This document shows, piece after piece, positions 49,909 to 59,786 of a stretch of DNA of 64,000 nucleotides. The notes beneath the pieces were generated by a model. It was not told the origin of the DNA, ran no database searches, and saw only the letters and a program-made list of their open reading frames with translations. Source of the stretch: Candidatus Delongbacteria bacterium (GTDB taxonomy: Bacteria > CAIWAD01); NCBI GenBank assembly GCA_963663545.1, contig OY760505.1:896001-960000 (forward strand). Reading direction: 5' to 3'. Made by a program: the position numbers and the translations under genes. Within the stretch, counting starts at the first letter, position 1. Each line of letters begins with the position of its first letter.

Positions 49909-52900
49909 CTAACTCATATGGATCGCCTGGTGGACCTCTCTACTCAATGAAGAACGCCGGTAGGGTTTCTGCACAAAACCCCGCGCACCCATGGCGAGCA
50001 AATCATCAATCCTTTGCTCGTAGCTGAACCCCGAGGTGAAGAGCACGGCAACACCTGGATCCAGTTCCCGCAATTTGAGAAACGTATCACGGCCACTAAG
50101 AATCGGCATCACCATGTCCAACAGGACAAGACGAATATCCGGCTGATGCCGGCGATAGACTTCCACTGCTTCATCGCCATCAGCGGCCATCAGCACATCG
50201 TACCCAAGAGAAAGCAGGAGCGAACGTGCTGTGCGACGAACGACCATTTCATCGTCGACAACCAGAATTGTCCCTGTTCCTTGTATCACATCGCTTTCAT
50301 CCGCAGCACTGAGTTGCTGTCCCAATCCTACCGGAAGAAAGACCTTGAACACGGAGCCAATGCCGGGTTCGCTGCTGACGAAGATGGCGCCATTGTGTTC
50401 CTTGATGGTCCCATAAACGGCGGCAAGCCCCAAGCCAGTGCCTTTGCCCACAGGCTTGGTTGTGAAGAAGGGCTCAAACACACGCTCGAGCACATCGTGA
50501 GACATACCCCAACCGGTGTCACTAACATCAATCTCCACATAGACGCCGGGCTTCAAATTGAAAGGATGATCCCTGCAGTACTGCGCGTCCAACTCCACAT
50601 TGGAAGTACTGAAGGTCAACGTTCCACCATTGGGCATTGCATCACGTGCATTCACCGCCAGGTTCATGAAGACATTCTGCAACAAGGTTGGATCACCAAT
50701 CACGATACGCTCATTGGCATTGAAGCGTTTTTGAATTGTGATACGGGGATCTATGCTGCGCTCGAGCAGCGCAACAGATTCATTGATGGTCTGATGAACA
50801 TCTGCTGGTGTACTCAGCATCTTGCCCTTGCGGGAAAAGGCCAGCAGTTTGCGCGTCAGCTCAGAAGCACGTTGAGCACCGCGCAGAATAGTCCCCACAT
50901 ATTGCTGAAGCTCGCTTTGCTCTTGCAGCTCCATGGCAAGCAGCTCTGCGTTTCCCAGCACGGCACCCAGCATATTGTTGAAATCGTGGGCGATTCCACC
51001 CGCCAGTTGGCCGACCACATCCATCTTTTGCGCCTGACGAAGCTGGTCCTCGAGGGTGCGAGTTTGTGTCACATCCATTACCGCAGTAAGCACTGCAGGC
51101 TCACCCTCGAACTCGATCGCCGTGGACGAGAAAACAACTTGTCTCTCGTGGCCGTTTTGTCTGCGAATGCGCCCCTGTGCTTCCTCCACCAGACCTACGG
51201 ATTCAAGACGATGCCGGAACTCGCTGTATTGCTTCTGATCAAACTGCAGACCGATTTCCGGCAGTGAAAGACCGTGCTGCTCAATACTCGGAAGGGCGAT
51301 AATTTGCTCGAAAGTGCGATTGACGCGTAACACGGTCCAGTCGTGCATGCTGGTGATTACCATGCCCAACGGACTGGTCTCGAAAATGGCCCGGAACTGC
51401 TCCTCGCGCGCGCGCAGCGTCTGCTGCATGGCGTACTCTTCGGTGACATCGCGAAAGACCATCACCACGCCCACGATACGCCCCTCGGAGTTGCGAATGG
51501 GAGCGGCGCTGTCTGCGATCTGGCGACGATGACCATCCTTGGACAGCAGCAGGGTGTGATTGGACATGCCGATGATCTCGCCCGTCGCCAACACCTTGCT
51601 GACGGGACTCGTCACGGGTTGTTCACTGATGGCGTGAACCAGATTGAACACTTCACTAAGCAGTTTCCCTCTGGCTTCCTTGAATGTCCAACCAGTCAGT
51701 TCTTCCGCAATGGGATTCATCTGCTTCACGCGACCGCGAACGTCCGTGGCAATGACAGCGTCTCCAATGGAGCGCAATGTGATACGCAGGTTCTCTTCGC
51801 TCTCTTGCAGTGCCTGTTGAGCCTCCTGCCGTTCGTTGACATCGCGCAGAATGCCATTGACGCTGACGGGTTGCTGGGCCTCGTTATGTGACACAGCGCC
51901 TCGTGCCTCTACCCAACCGCCCGCAGATCCGCCCGACCGGACAAGCCGGAACAAGAACTCAAACTGTCCGCCATGTGATACGGCCTCACGGAAGACCTTT
52001 TCGATGCGATTGCGGTCAGTGCGGCAGACAAGCGCCAGGAAGCTTTCGCCCAGCAGCGTTTCGGCCTCAATGCCCAGGCGATTCAAACGCGGGTTGATGT
52101 AGGTGAAGCGGCTCTCGTGATCCAGCGAGAAGGGCACATCGACACTGTTTTCCACAAGCACGCGATACTGGCGTTCACTGTTGAATAGCCGCTCGGCGTA
52201 GCTCAATTCCCGCTGCCGATGACGCTGCGCCTGTGCAGACAGTGCCAGCGATATGCCAAAGGCGATCATCGTCAGCATCAGGCCGATACCGATGATGCGC
52301 CCGCGCCAACTGGCGGCCTCTTGCTGAATGTCATCCACGTAGACGCCTGTGCCGACGATCCAGCCCCAGGGTTCGAACGCACTCACATAGGAAACCTTGT
52401 TGACCAGCAGATCCAGATTGTCTTTCCAATGCCAGCGATAGTCAAGAAAACCATCTGCAGAGTCTGCAATCGCCTGCTGCATCCTTCCCAGCAGTAGGGA
52501 AAGCGGTTCGCCGTCCGGTCCAAGAGTCGTGGCGGGATCGGCCCCTTCCAGGTCAGGGCGGTAAGGATGCATCAGAAAACGACCGTCCGGACCGACAATC
52601 CAGACGTAGTCCTTGTGTTCCTGCCCGTAGCGCTGTCTGCGCAAGCGCTTGATGGCCCGTTGCTGCATTTCCGCTGCGTTGACCAAACCCTCTGCCACAT
52701 CCTCCTGTCGTGAATCCAGGTCACTGACGACCGCCTCCACCAAGCGGCGGCACAGCTCCTTTTTCTGCGAGAGGAAATTCGCTTCGATGGTGGGCGCCAT
52801 CAAGCCGTAGACAACGGCAATGAACAGTACCACCAGCACCATGGAAGGCAGCGCTGTCTGAAGCAGCGTGCGCCCGAAGGCATTCGCCCCCTTCAGCAAG

Positions 52901-52962
52901 TGCTCCGGGTACTCGACCGGCGCGGACGCGGTGCGTGTAGAAACAGCAGATTCATCCGGCAT
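49909..52962 (-). CDS. Hybrid sensor kinase: TM-sCache2-TM-PAS(x3)-HisKA-HATPase-REC
   Basis: DYVWI....MHPY.PDL and [42 protein letters not shown]; receiver. Confidence 0.9.
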   Translation of the reverse strand: MPDESAVSTRTASAPVEYPEHLLKGANAFGRTLLQTALPSMVLVVLFIAVVYGLMAPTIEANFLSQKKELCRRLVEAVVSDLDSRQEDVAEGLVNAAEMQQRAIKRLRRQRYGQEHKDYVWIVGPDGRFLMHPYRPDLEGADPATTLGPDGEPLSLLLGRMQQAIADSADGFLDYRWHWKDNLDLLVNKVSYVSAFEPWGWIVGTGVYVDDIQQEAASWRGRIIGIGLMLTMIAFGISLALSAQAQRHRQRELSYAERLFNSERQYRVLVENSVDVPFSLDHESRFTYINPRLNRLGIEAETLLGESFLALVCRTDRNRIEKVFREAVSHGGQFEFLFRLVRSGGSAGGWVEARGAVSHNEAQQPVSVNGILRDVNERQEAQQALQESEENLRITLRSIGDAVIATDVRGRVKQMNPIAEELTGWTFKEARGKLLSEVFNLVHAISEQPVTSPVSKVLATGEIIGMSNHTLLLSKDGHRRQIADSAAPIRNSEGRIVGVVMVFRDVTEEYAMQQTLRAREEQFRAIFETSPLGMVITSMHDWTVLRVNRTFEQIIALPSIEQHGLSLPEIGLQFDQKQYSEFRHRLESVGLVEEAQGRIRRQNGHERQVVFSSTAIEFEGEPAVLTAVMDVTQTRTLEDQLRQAQKMDVVGQLAGGIAHDFNNMLGAVLGNAELLAMELQEQSELQQYVGTILRGAQRASELTRKLLAFSRKGKMLSTPADVHQTINESVALLERSIDPRITIQKRFNANERIVIGDPTLLQNVFMNLAVNARDAMPNGGTLTFSTSNVELDAQYCRDHPFNLKPGVYVEIDVSDTGWGMSHDVLERVFEPFFTTKPVGKGTGLGLAAVYGTIKEHNGAIFVSSEPGIGSVFKVFLPVGLGQQLSAADESDVIQGTGTILVVDDEMVVRRTARSLLLSLGYDVLMAADGDEAVEVYRRHQPDIRLVLLDMVMPILSGRDTFLKLRELDPGVAVLFTSGFSYEQRIDDLLAMGARGFVQKPYRRSSLSREVHQAIHMS

Positions 52963-53082
52963 GGTTACTCCCGTCGAAGGCGTGGTCAATGATGCGGCAC
53001 GTGGCAGATCCGAGCGACCCTGAAAGTATCGGCAAAAATTCTGCAAGCTTTCATTATTGCTATGCCCGTATGCGCTGAAAAC

Positions 53083-53104
53083 AAAAAGCCGCCCGAAGGC
53101 GGCT
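53083..53104 (-). terminator. Rho-independent terminator after bfr
   Basis: Minus strand reads AGCCGCC-TTCG-GGCGGCT-TTTT. Confidence 0.88.
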
Positions 53105-53125
53105 GAAAGCTGCTATGGGGTGGAG

Positions 53126-53623
53126 CTACTCTGCGGCCGTACCGCTCTGACGGTTCCGGCTACGCTCCATCGACTGCAGAGCAAGGTAATTCACGCCGAA
53201 GCGATCCAGGTTGTCCAGCTCGTTATCGTACTGATCGTAGTGCCGCTCTTCGTCGGCAACCAGTTCTTCGAACAGCTGCTTGCTAATGGCATCGGCGTTG
53301 GTGCTGCACTCATTGGCCCACAGGTTGTAATCGTGAGCGCTGTTCTGCTCCATCTGCGAAGCCTTCTCAAGCATGCGACGGACATCGTGCTCCTTGTCAA
53401 CCGGCTGTGCCACGTTCATCTCGACCTCGCCCTTGAGGAAGAGAATGCGCTCGGCCAGACGCTCGACGTGCAGCATCTCGTCGATGGCAGTGCGCTTGAA
53501 CAGACCGGCAAGCAGGTCGTAACCCTGGTCATCACAATGGAAATGCCAGTACATATACTGGTGAACGGCGGCCAACTCGTCGGCCACTGCTTTGTTCAAT
53601 AGTTCGATGGATTTCTCGTGCAT
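53126..53623 (-). CDS. bfr: Bacterioferritin
   Basis: DELAAVHQY, IDEMLH.E.LAERILFL.G and DEERH ferroxidase ligands. Confidence 0.92.
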   Translation of the reverse strand: MHEKSIELLNKAVADELAAVHQYMYWHFHCDDQGYDLLAGLFKRTAIDEMLHVERLAERILFLKGEVEMNVAQPVDKEHDVRRMLEKASQMEQNSAHDYNLWANECSTNADAISKQLFEELVADEERHYDQYDNELDNLDRFGVNYLALQSMERSRNRQSGTAAE

Positions 53624-53707
53624 GGTACTCTCCTGATTTGATACACAGTGGCAAGGTAATATCCCGACACAGAATGCGCGCCGGAAATGAAGACCAATTC
53701 AGTGGGC

Positions 53708-54343
53708 TCAGGCCTGCCCCGACTCAAGAATCCCCTGCGCAGCAGGATTTGGGCGACCCGGCACAGCGTAGATCAGCGGAATGCCCACCAGCGTCGTTGC
53801 GCCCTTGATAAGGATGTTGCTCAGGATGATGGAACCCACCACCGCCAGTGGCATGGTGCCGTAAAAGGCGACAAAGGCAAAGACCAGCGTATCCACGGGA
53901 ACGCTGACCGCGTTGCTCACCAGTACACGTCCCCACTGATGTTTCTCGGCGTAGCGTTGCTCCCACATCCGATAAGCTTCGGTGTCGATCAGCTCGGCCA
54001 CCACTTCAGCCAGAATGGAGGCGAAAACGATGCGCCAGACGGGTGCCAGCACGGCAGCAAAGGCAAGCTGTTCGCCCACCATTGGATCACCGGGCATGCG
54101 GGCCACCAGCCAGAAAAGCGCTGCCATAAGCAGATTGATGCCGGCGGCGGCAAAGATCAACGTGCGCGCAGCCTGAATACCTAGCTGCTTATGAACCAAG
54201 TCGCGCAGAGTGAAAGTCAGCGGATAAATCAGGGTACCGGCGTCCATGCTAAGCGTGCCCAGCATGACGATTTTCAAGCTGGTGACGTCAGCGAGTAGTT
54301 GAGCGGCGATGTAGGCGGAGATCAGAAGTACAATGCTTTTCAT
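53708..54343 (-). CDS. Queuosine precursor transporter (VUT/YhhQ family)
   Basis: ADV.SLK, GTLIYP.TF.LRD, RIV.AS..A and R.L.SN.VS.PVDT motifs. Confidence 0.85.
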   Translation of the reverse strand: MKSIVLLISAYIAAQLLADVTSLKIVMLGTLSMDAGTLIYPLTFTLRDLVHKQLGIQAARTLIFAAAGINLLMAALFWLVARMPGDPMVGEQLAFAAVLAPVWRIVFASILAEVVAELIDTEAYRMWEQRYAEKHQWGRVLVSNAVSVPVDTLVFAFVAFYGTMPLAVVGSIILSNILIKGATTLVGIPLIYAVPGRPNPAAQGILESGQA

Positions 54344-54498
54344 TCTCGGTTCCAGTACTATCCTTGCCCGCAGGCTTCGCGCCCGCGCAGCCCGATAGAG
54401 TAGCATCCTCCGCGCTGGGTTGCCAGTGCTGCAGGCGAAAGAAGGGCACGCTGAGGGCAGGACGATAGACAAACATGAATCGGGCTCCTATTCCTGGC

Positions 54499-55176
54499 TC
54501 AGCTCAAACTGCAATTCGGGTTTTGCACGAGGTAATAGCGCAGTGTTGCACTAAGGCTGACCCGCAGGTTCTTCAGAAAATAGTCCTGAACATTTGTGTG
54601 CATTTCGTTCAGCTCCTCGCAGGCGGGAATGCGTCCCTTGCCTGAAACACTGCTGTAGCCGATTACCAGCGCACGAAACTGCTGCACAATTTCAAATTCG
54701 CTATCTGCGGGTAACTCGGGAAAAAGTCGCCGGAGCGTAGTCGCCACTTCCACAAACTGGCGCTGCGCATCACGTTTGTTTTCCAGGAGTTCCGCTACAT
54801 CCAATTGCTCTTCCAGCAGGCTGGAAATCAGCGTCATCTGGCGGCGAAAGCGGTCGGCGCGCCAGAATGCGGTACTGACTTCGCGACAGTAACCCTCGAC
54901 GCGATCGCCAAGCTCTAGGGGCTCCAAGCCAACCAGATGCCGACTCAACTCGCGGTAAAACTCATTGCGCAGCTGCGCCAGCCCCTGCAGGAAGACGCTT
55001 TCCTTGGTGGCGAAGTACAGATAAAGCGTGCCCTTGGCCAGACCCACTTCGCGCGCAATGCCCGCCATGGTCACGCGGTGATACGCATTGCTGGCAAAGA
55101 GCCGAAGGGCCGCGTCCAGAATCAGCTGGCGACGCTGCTCCTTCTCTTCGTCGCGCCGGGCATGTTGAGCTACCAT
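54499..55176 (-). CDS. TetR/AcrR family regulator
   Basis: RR..ILDAA..LF and IAREVGLAKGTLYLYFATKE HTH. Confidence 0.92.
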   Translation of the reverse strand: MVAQHARRDEEKEQRRQLILDAALRLFASNAYHRVTMAGIAREVGLAKGTLYLYFATKESVFLQGLAQLRNEFYRELSRHLVGLEPLELGDRVEGYCREVSTAFWRADRFRRQMTLISSLLEEQLDVAELLENKRDAQRQFVEVATTLRRLFPELPADSEFEIVQQFRALVIGYSSVSGKGRIPACEELNEMHTNVQDYFLKNLRVSLSATLRYYLVQNPNCSLS

Positions 55177-55188
55177 GTGAGATTCCTT

Positions 55189-55227
55189 TTATGACCAAAG
55201 GTCATAATTAATATGACCACGGGTCAT
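55189..55227. promoter_or_regulatory. Two palindromic TetR-type operators overlapping the promoter
   Basis: TTATGACC-aaa-GGTCATAA (55189-55207) and ATGACC-acg-GGTCAT (55213-55227); TTGATA -35-like hexamer adjacent on the minus strand. Confidence 0.8.
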
Positions 55228-55302
55228 TTATCAAGGGGTGGGTTGGAATTTTTGTCTGCAACTGCGCAGCAAGCAGAAGGACGAGAAGCGCAAATGGGAA
55301 CC

Positions 55303-56061
55303 TTAGGCGCCGAGAATTGGACCCGTGTTATGCGTTGACTGATCTTCGCGGGCACGGGTCTCCTTCAGCTCTGCCCAGAACTTCTTGTAGAGGAAGCTCG
55401 CCGGACCGAGATCGCAGAGTTCCTCAAAAAAGGGTAGCGTAACACTAACCGCCATCAGACATTGCGGCAGATACTTGCGCATCGCCAGATCGCTGCCAAT
55501 GACCGCCTCGGGCCGTGAGAGATCGGAAAAGCACTGGATGAGCTGACCGCAACCGCTGCCAAATGGTGCTACGATCATCGCCGGCGTGTCACCCACGCGC
55601 TGGAAGTAGGCGCGACCATAAACCAGTGCACCCAACTGATCCGGTGTTACAAAGAGCGTAACGCTGCGTAGCCAAGGCGAAAGTGTATCACGCAGCGGGC
55701 CGATGGAAATGCGCTCGTGTGCGCTGGTAAAACACTTTGGGCGCTCGATCCATTCATTCATGCGCTCGCGATTGGCCATTAAGCCTTCTTCCTCCACGAG
55801 GAAATCGAGAAAGGCCTCGCGAGGACGTGTTTCCTTCTGAAACAGCGCAAACGCCGCCCCACCACAGCCGAAAGACTCGTCGGTGAGCAGCAGATGTGTG
55901 CCCTTCAACCATTGTCGGTAGAAGGCAAAAGTACACACGCGCGAGTTTGGCGGCGGTGATACACTGTTCTCGACTTCCAGACCCGCGGGTAGATCGTAGA
56001 GGCCGATCAGCGGTGTTGTCAGCCCAAGCTTTTCGATGAGCATTGTCGGATCGCTGGTCAT
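55303..56061 (-). CDS. DUF169-like protein
   Basis: FGCGG, FVTPDQL..L, APFGSGC and G.DL..R motifs; GGAGG SD before ATG at 56061. Confidence 0.7.
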   Translation of the reverse strand: MTSDPTMLIEKLGLTTPLIGLYDLPAGLEVENSVSPPPNSRVCTFAFYRQWLKGTHLLLTDESFGCGGAAFALFQKETRPREAFLDFLVEEEGLMANRERMNEWIERPKCFTSAHERISIGPLRDTLSPWLRSVTLFVTPDQLGALVYGRAYFQRVGDTPAMIVAPFGSGCGQLIQCFSDLSRPEAVIGSDLAMRKYLPQCLMAVSVTLPFFEELCDLGPASFLYKKFWAELKETRAREDQSTHNTGPILGA

Positions 56062-56072
56062 TTGTCCTCCCG

Positions 56073-56789
56073 CTACACTCCCAAGGAATGTCGTTGCTCT
56101 TTGCTCAGTTTTCGGCTGCCTTCCCTCAACACTGTGCGGTGACACAGAGATTTCGTGTCACGCAAAAAGCTGATAGCGGCGGCGACGTCCGCGTCCGTGA
56201 TTTCGCGTAGCGCCCAGGCGACCGCCTTGCGCACATCGGCCTTTGGATCGTTGAGCAAGGGGTGACACAATTCCAGACAAGCAATTGGATGACTGCGTCC
56301 TCGCTGCTGCAAACTGGCCGCGCAGGCCATGACAAAACGACGTCGCCAAGTGGACTCGCTGCTCGTCCACGACTGCAACTCGAGAATGTGCTGCGGATGA
56401 CGATCCAGCAGCGGCGCGGCGACTCCCATGGCCAACTGATCGCAGAGTTCCCAATCGGCAATGTGATCCAGCCAGGAATCGATCTGTAGCCAATGCGTCC
56501 ACTGCAGCTCACGATTACGTTTTGCCAGCCAGAAGATGTAACACAACACTTCTTCACGACTGCCTTGAGCAAAAGCGTGATGTAGAAGCAGCAGAAGTTG
56601 TTCAAAAGGAAGCTGACGATGCTCACGGTGCAGATCTGCAGCCAAGCCCCGGATCTTCGGCACGCGCACGCCGAGACTGTGACGCATGCCTGGAACCACG
56701 GTGGTCATCCCGACCAGATAGTCCTGATCGACGCACGCCCGCAGTCGCTCACCCGCCACCTGATGTATCACATCCCGAACCTGTGACAC
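56073..56789 (-). CDS. DNA alkylation repair (AlkD-like) protein
   Basis: GVRVPKIR, WELCD, W.SSE..W.RR and VRKAVAWALRE motifs. Confidence 0.85.
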   Translation of the reverse strand: MSQVRDVIHQVAGERLRACVDQDYLVGMTTVVPGMRHSLGVRVPKIRGLAADLHREHRQLPFEQLLLLLHHAFAQGSREEVLCYIFWLAKRNRELQWTHWLQIDSWLDHIADWELCDQLAMGVAAPLLDRHPQHILELQSWTSSESTWRRRFVMACAASLQQRGRSHPIACLELCHPLLNDPKADVRKAVAWALREITDADVAAAISFLRDTKSLCHRTVLREGSRKLSKEQRHSLGV

Positions 56790-56791
56790 AA

Positions 56792-57268
56792 CTACTCACC
56801 AGCCTTAACAACCAGCGGCTGATCCAGCAGGACCTCCATACCATCGCCGTGGCGGAAGCTGACTTTCATACGCCAGTCCCCCTCCTGCTCAAGGCGAACG
56901 AATCGCCAGGTGCGATAACGGATGCTACCGCTGGCGCTGAGCTCCTTGCTGATTTGTGTCACACCATCGTGAATGAACTCAACCTGAATGCCGTTGACCT
57001 CTTCGCCCTGCGGCACCAGAAAGCGAAACCAGACGTTGTAAGCCTCACCCTTGATCAGCGCATCGGGTGCCACTAGATCAGCGCACTCGTTCTCCACAAC
57101 ATTGTGACAGAAGCGGGCATCCATCAGAATGGGACCCTGACCTTGGCCCAGCAGGTAATAGTCGATTACGTTGCGAGCGTCTTCTGCACTGGGTTTGTTC
57201 TGCGCAAAAGCCGTCGCGCAGGCCAGTAGCAATGCAAGGGTCAGCGTCAGGGGTCGAATACTCTGCAT
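56792..57268 (-). CDS. Secreted hypothetical protein
   Basis: Signal peptide MQSIRPLTLTLALLLACATAFA; RYRTW motif; GGAGG SD. Confidence 0.7.
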   Translation of the reverse strand: MQSIRPLTLTLALLLACATAFAQNKPSAEDARNVIDYYLLGQGQGPILMDARFCHNVVENECADLVAPDALIKGEAYNVWFRFLVPQGEEVNGIQVEFIHDGVTQISKELSASGSIRYRTWRFVRLEQEGDWRMKVSFRHGDGMEVLLDQPLVVKAGE

Positions 57269-57398
57269 GTTTCCTCCCGGGTTGATGGAATAAAAGTAAC
57301 AGTGCGCTTGTGTATTGCGCACCTGGCATGCGTACATTGGCCAAGAATTCCGCTACGGAGGTCGCGGTGGAAGGTGTGTCACCTCAAGGAAAGGTTGC

Positions 57399-59786
57399 AT
57401 GCAACAAGAGCAACAAGGTTACGGCTTCGGAACCGCTCCGGTCTTCCTGGCTGCCATCAGCACCATTCTAGGTGCTGTCCTCTTCCTGCGCTTCGGCTAT
57501 GCCGTTGGTCACGTCGGCCTGATGGGATCCATTCTGATCATCCTGATTGGTCATATGATTACCATTCCGACCGCCATGGCCATTGCCGAAATCGCCACCA
57601 ATCTGAAGGTGGAAGGCGGCGGCGAGTATTACATCATCAGCCGTTCCTTCGGTAGTACGGTGGGTGGCACCATCGGTTTGAGCCTGTACCTGTCGCAAGC
57701 TATATCCGTTGCCTTCTACATGATCGCCTTCGCAGAGGCCTTTCGACCGGCTTTCCCCTGGCTGGCATCGGTGCTGGGCTTCCAGCCTGGACTGTGGATG
57801 ATCAGCATTCCAGCCACAGCTGTTCTGCTCTTCGTCATCCTCAAGCGCGGCGCCGATCTGGGTGTCACGGTGCTCTGGGCCGTTGTCGGCGTGCTGGCCA
57901 TCTCGCTGCTGGCCTTCTTCCTGGGACATAGCGGCAGCAACGACGGCAGCCTGGATCTCTTCGCCCACGTTACCAACCCGAACAAGTTCTTTACCGTCTT
58001 CGCCATCATTTTTCCCGCCTTCACCGGTATGACCGCCGGCGTCGGTCTTTCGGGTGACTTGAAAAATCCGCGGCGTTCGATTCCCCTGGGCACCATGACG
58101 GCTACCGTGGCCGGCATGATCATCTACCTGCTGGTGGTAATGAAGCTGGCAGGCAATCTGCACCCGGATGAACTCGTCGCGGACCAGTTCGCCATGTCCA
58201 AGGTGGCCCTCTGGGGTCCGATCATTCCCATTGGTCTGGCGGCGGCCACGCTGTCCTCGGCCATCGGCTCCATTCTGATTGCGCCCCGAACCCTGCAGGC
58301 GCTGGCCATTGACGGCATCCTGCCCAGCAACTGGGCCAACCGGCTGTTGGCGCGAGGTCGCGGTGCAGGCAATGAGCCCTACATGGCCACACTGGTCACG
58401 GCAGTCATTGTCTTTGGTTTTGTTTCCATGGGTAACGTGGATTTTGTAGCACAAATCATCTCCATGTTCTTCATGATCACCTACGGTAGCCTGTGCCTGG
58501 TGAGCTTCCTGGAGCACTTCGCAGGCAACCCGACCTATCGTCCCACCTTCCGCAGCCGCTGGTACATTTCACTGATCGGCGCGGTGGGCAGCTTCGTCAT
58601 CATGTTCCAGATGTCGCCGCTGTACTCGACGTTTTCCGTAATCGCCATCGTGCTGCTCTACATCAGTATACGCTCCGGACGCCGCGCACATGGCGAAGTG
58701 GACGATCTCTCGCAGATGATCAAGGGCGCGCTCTTCCAGTTGACGCGCCGCCTGCAGATTCTGATTCAGCGCCGCCAGGCAAGCGAAATGGCCGTCGGCT
58801 GGCGTCCCTCCTTCGTGGCGGTTTCCTCCGATTCTCTTTCGCGGCTAGCGCCTTTTGATCTGCTGCGCTGGATCTCGCACCACTACGGCTTCGGCACTTT
58901 CATCCACCACATCCACGGCTATCTAGATGAGAAGACGGCCGCCGAAGCGCGCTTCCGTCTGGACCAACTCATCGATCAGAGTCGCGCGAGCGAAGCAGGC
59001 ATCTATGTCGATACGATCATCTCCCCCAGCTTCCGCACCGCTGTCGCACAAATCGTGCAGATTCCCGGCATTTCGGGGCTCGAAAACAACGGCATCCTCT
59101 TCGAGTTCCACAAGGACCAACCGGAGCGCGTTCCGGAAATCGTTGATGTGATACACTTCGCTGCGTTGGTGGACTTCAACCTTTGCGTGTTACGCTCCTC
59201 TGACCGCCACTTCGGCTACCGCCGCAACATCCACATCTGGCTGCATCCCGGCGATTTGCGCAACGGCAACCTGATGATCCTGATGGCCTACATCCTCATT
59301 GGGCACCCCGACTGGCACGATTGCTCCATCAGCCTCTACGCACTGTTGGACAAGGAAGACCTGCAGGCTCAGCTCAACCGGCTGAATCAGCTGATTCAAA
59401 ATGGACGCCTGCCGATTTCGCTGAACAATGTGAAGCGCATCCCCTGGGACGGCCACACGGAGACCTACGAGAATCTCGTGTTACAACACTCCGAGCTGGC
59501 GGATCTGGTAATCGTGGGCTTCTCGCTGAAGAAGCTGCGCAAGGAAGCGGGTGCCTTCTTCACACGTTTCACAGGCCTGCACGAAGTCCTCTTTGTGCAC
59601 GCGGGTCAGCAGATTGCCATTTTAGATGACGCCGCGCATAAGCAAACCGGACCGTTGCCGGAGCAGCAGAACGCCGTGACACCGGAGACTCCGCCAGCAC
59701 AAGAGGAAAAACCGGTGGAAGCGCAGACGGACCTCCCGAAGGAAGAATCAGCAGCAGAGCAGAATGAAGCGGAGCAGGACAAGTGA
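57399..59786 (+). CDS. Amino acid permease / SLC12-like cation-chloride cotransporter homolog
   Basis: STILG.VLFLR, ATN..V.GGGEYYIISRS.G and FPAFTG.TAG...SGDLKNP..SIP.GT motifs; large C-terminal cytosolic domain. Confidence 0.88.
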   Translation: MQQEQQGYGFGTAPVFLAAISTILGAVLFLRFGYAVGHVGLMGSILIILIGHMITIPTAMAIAEIATNLKVEGGGEYYIISRSFGSTVGGTIGLSLYLSQAISVAFYMIAFAEAFRPAFPWLASVLGFQPGLWMISIPATAVLLFVILKRGADLGVTVLWAVVGVLAISLLAFFLGHSGSNDGSLDLFAHVTNPNKFFTVFAIIFPAFTGMTAGVGLSGDLKNPRRSIPLGTMTATVAGMIIYLLVVMKLAGNLHPDELVADQFAMSKVALWGPIIPIGLAAATLSSAIGSILIAPRTLQALAIDGILPSNWANRLLARGRGAGNEPYMATLVTAVIVFGFVSMGNVDFVAQIISMFFMITYGSLCLVSFLEHFAGNPTYRPTFRSRWYISLIGAVGSFVIMFQMSPLYSTFSVIAIVLLYISIRSGRRAHGEVDDLSQMIKGALFQLTRRLQILIQRRQASEMAVGWRPSFVAVSSDSLSRLAPFDLLRWISHHYGFGTFIHHIHGYLDEKTAAEARFRLDQLIDQSRASEAGIYVDTIISPSFRTAVAQIVQIPGISGLENNGILFEFHKDQPERVPEIVDVIHFAALVDFNLCVLRSSDRHFGYRRNIHIWLHPGDLRNGNLMILMAYILIGHPDWHDCSISLYALLDKEDLQAQLNRLNQLIQNGRLPISLNNVKRIPWDGHTETYENLVLQHSELADLVIVGFSLKKLRKEAGAFFTRFTGLHEVLFVHAGQQIAILDDAAHKQTGPLPEQQNAVTPETPPAQEEKPVEAQTDLPKEESAAEQNEAEQDK

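Noticed and set aside
40616..51267. Long antisense ORFs (40616-42139, 42441-43757, 47932-49302, 50014-51267, and similar ones elsewhere)
   Set aside because: They are shadows of well-supported genes on the opposite strand in GC-rich DNA and show no recognisable motifs.
54344..54498. preQ1 riboswitch or leader peptide upstream of the queuosine precursor transporter
   Set aside because: There is some potential pairing (CTATC..CTGCCC / GGGCA..GATAG on the minus strand) and an SD-led 62-codon ORF, but no preQ1-I hallmark such as the A-rich 3' tail. It cannot be supported without an Rfam scan.
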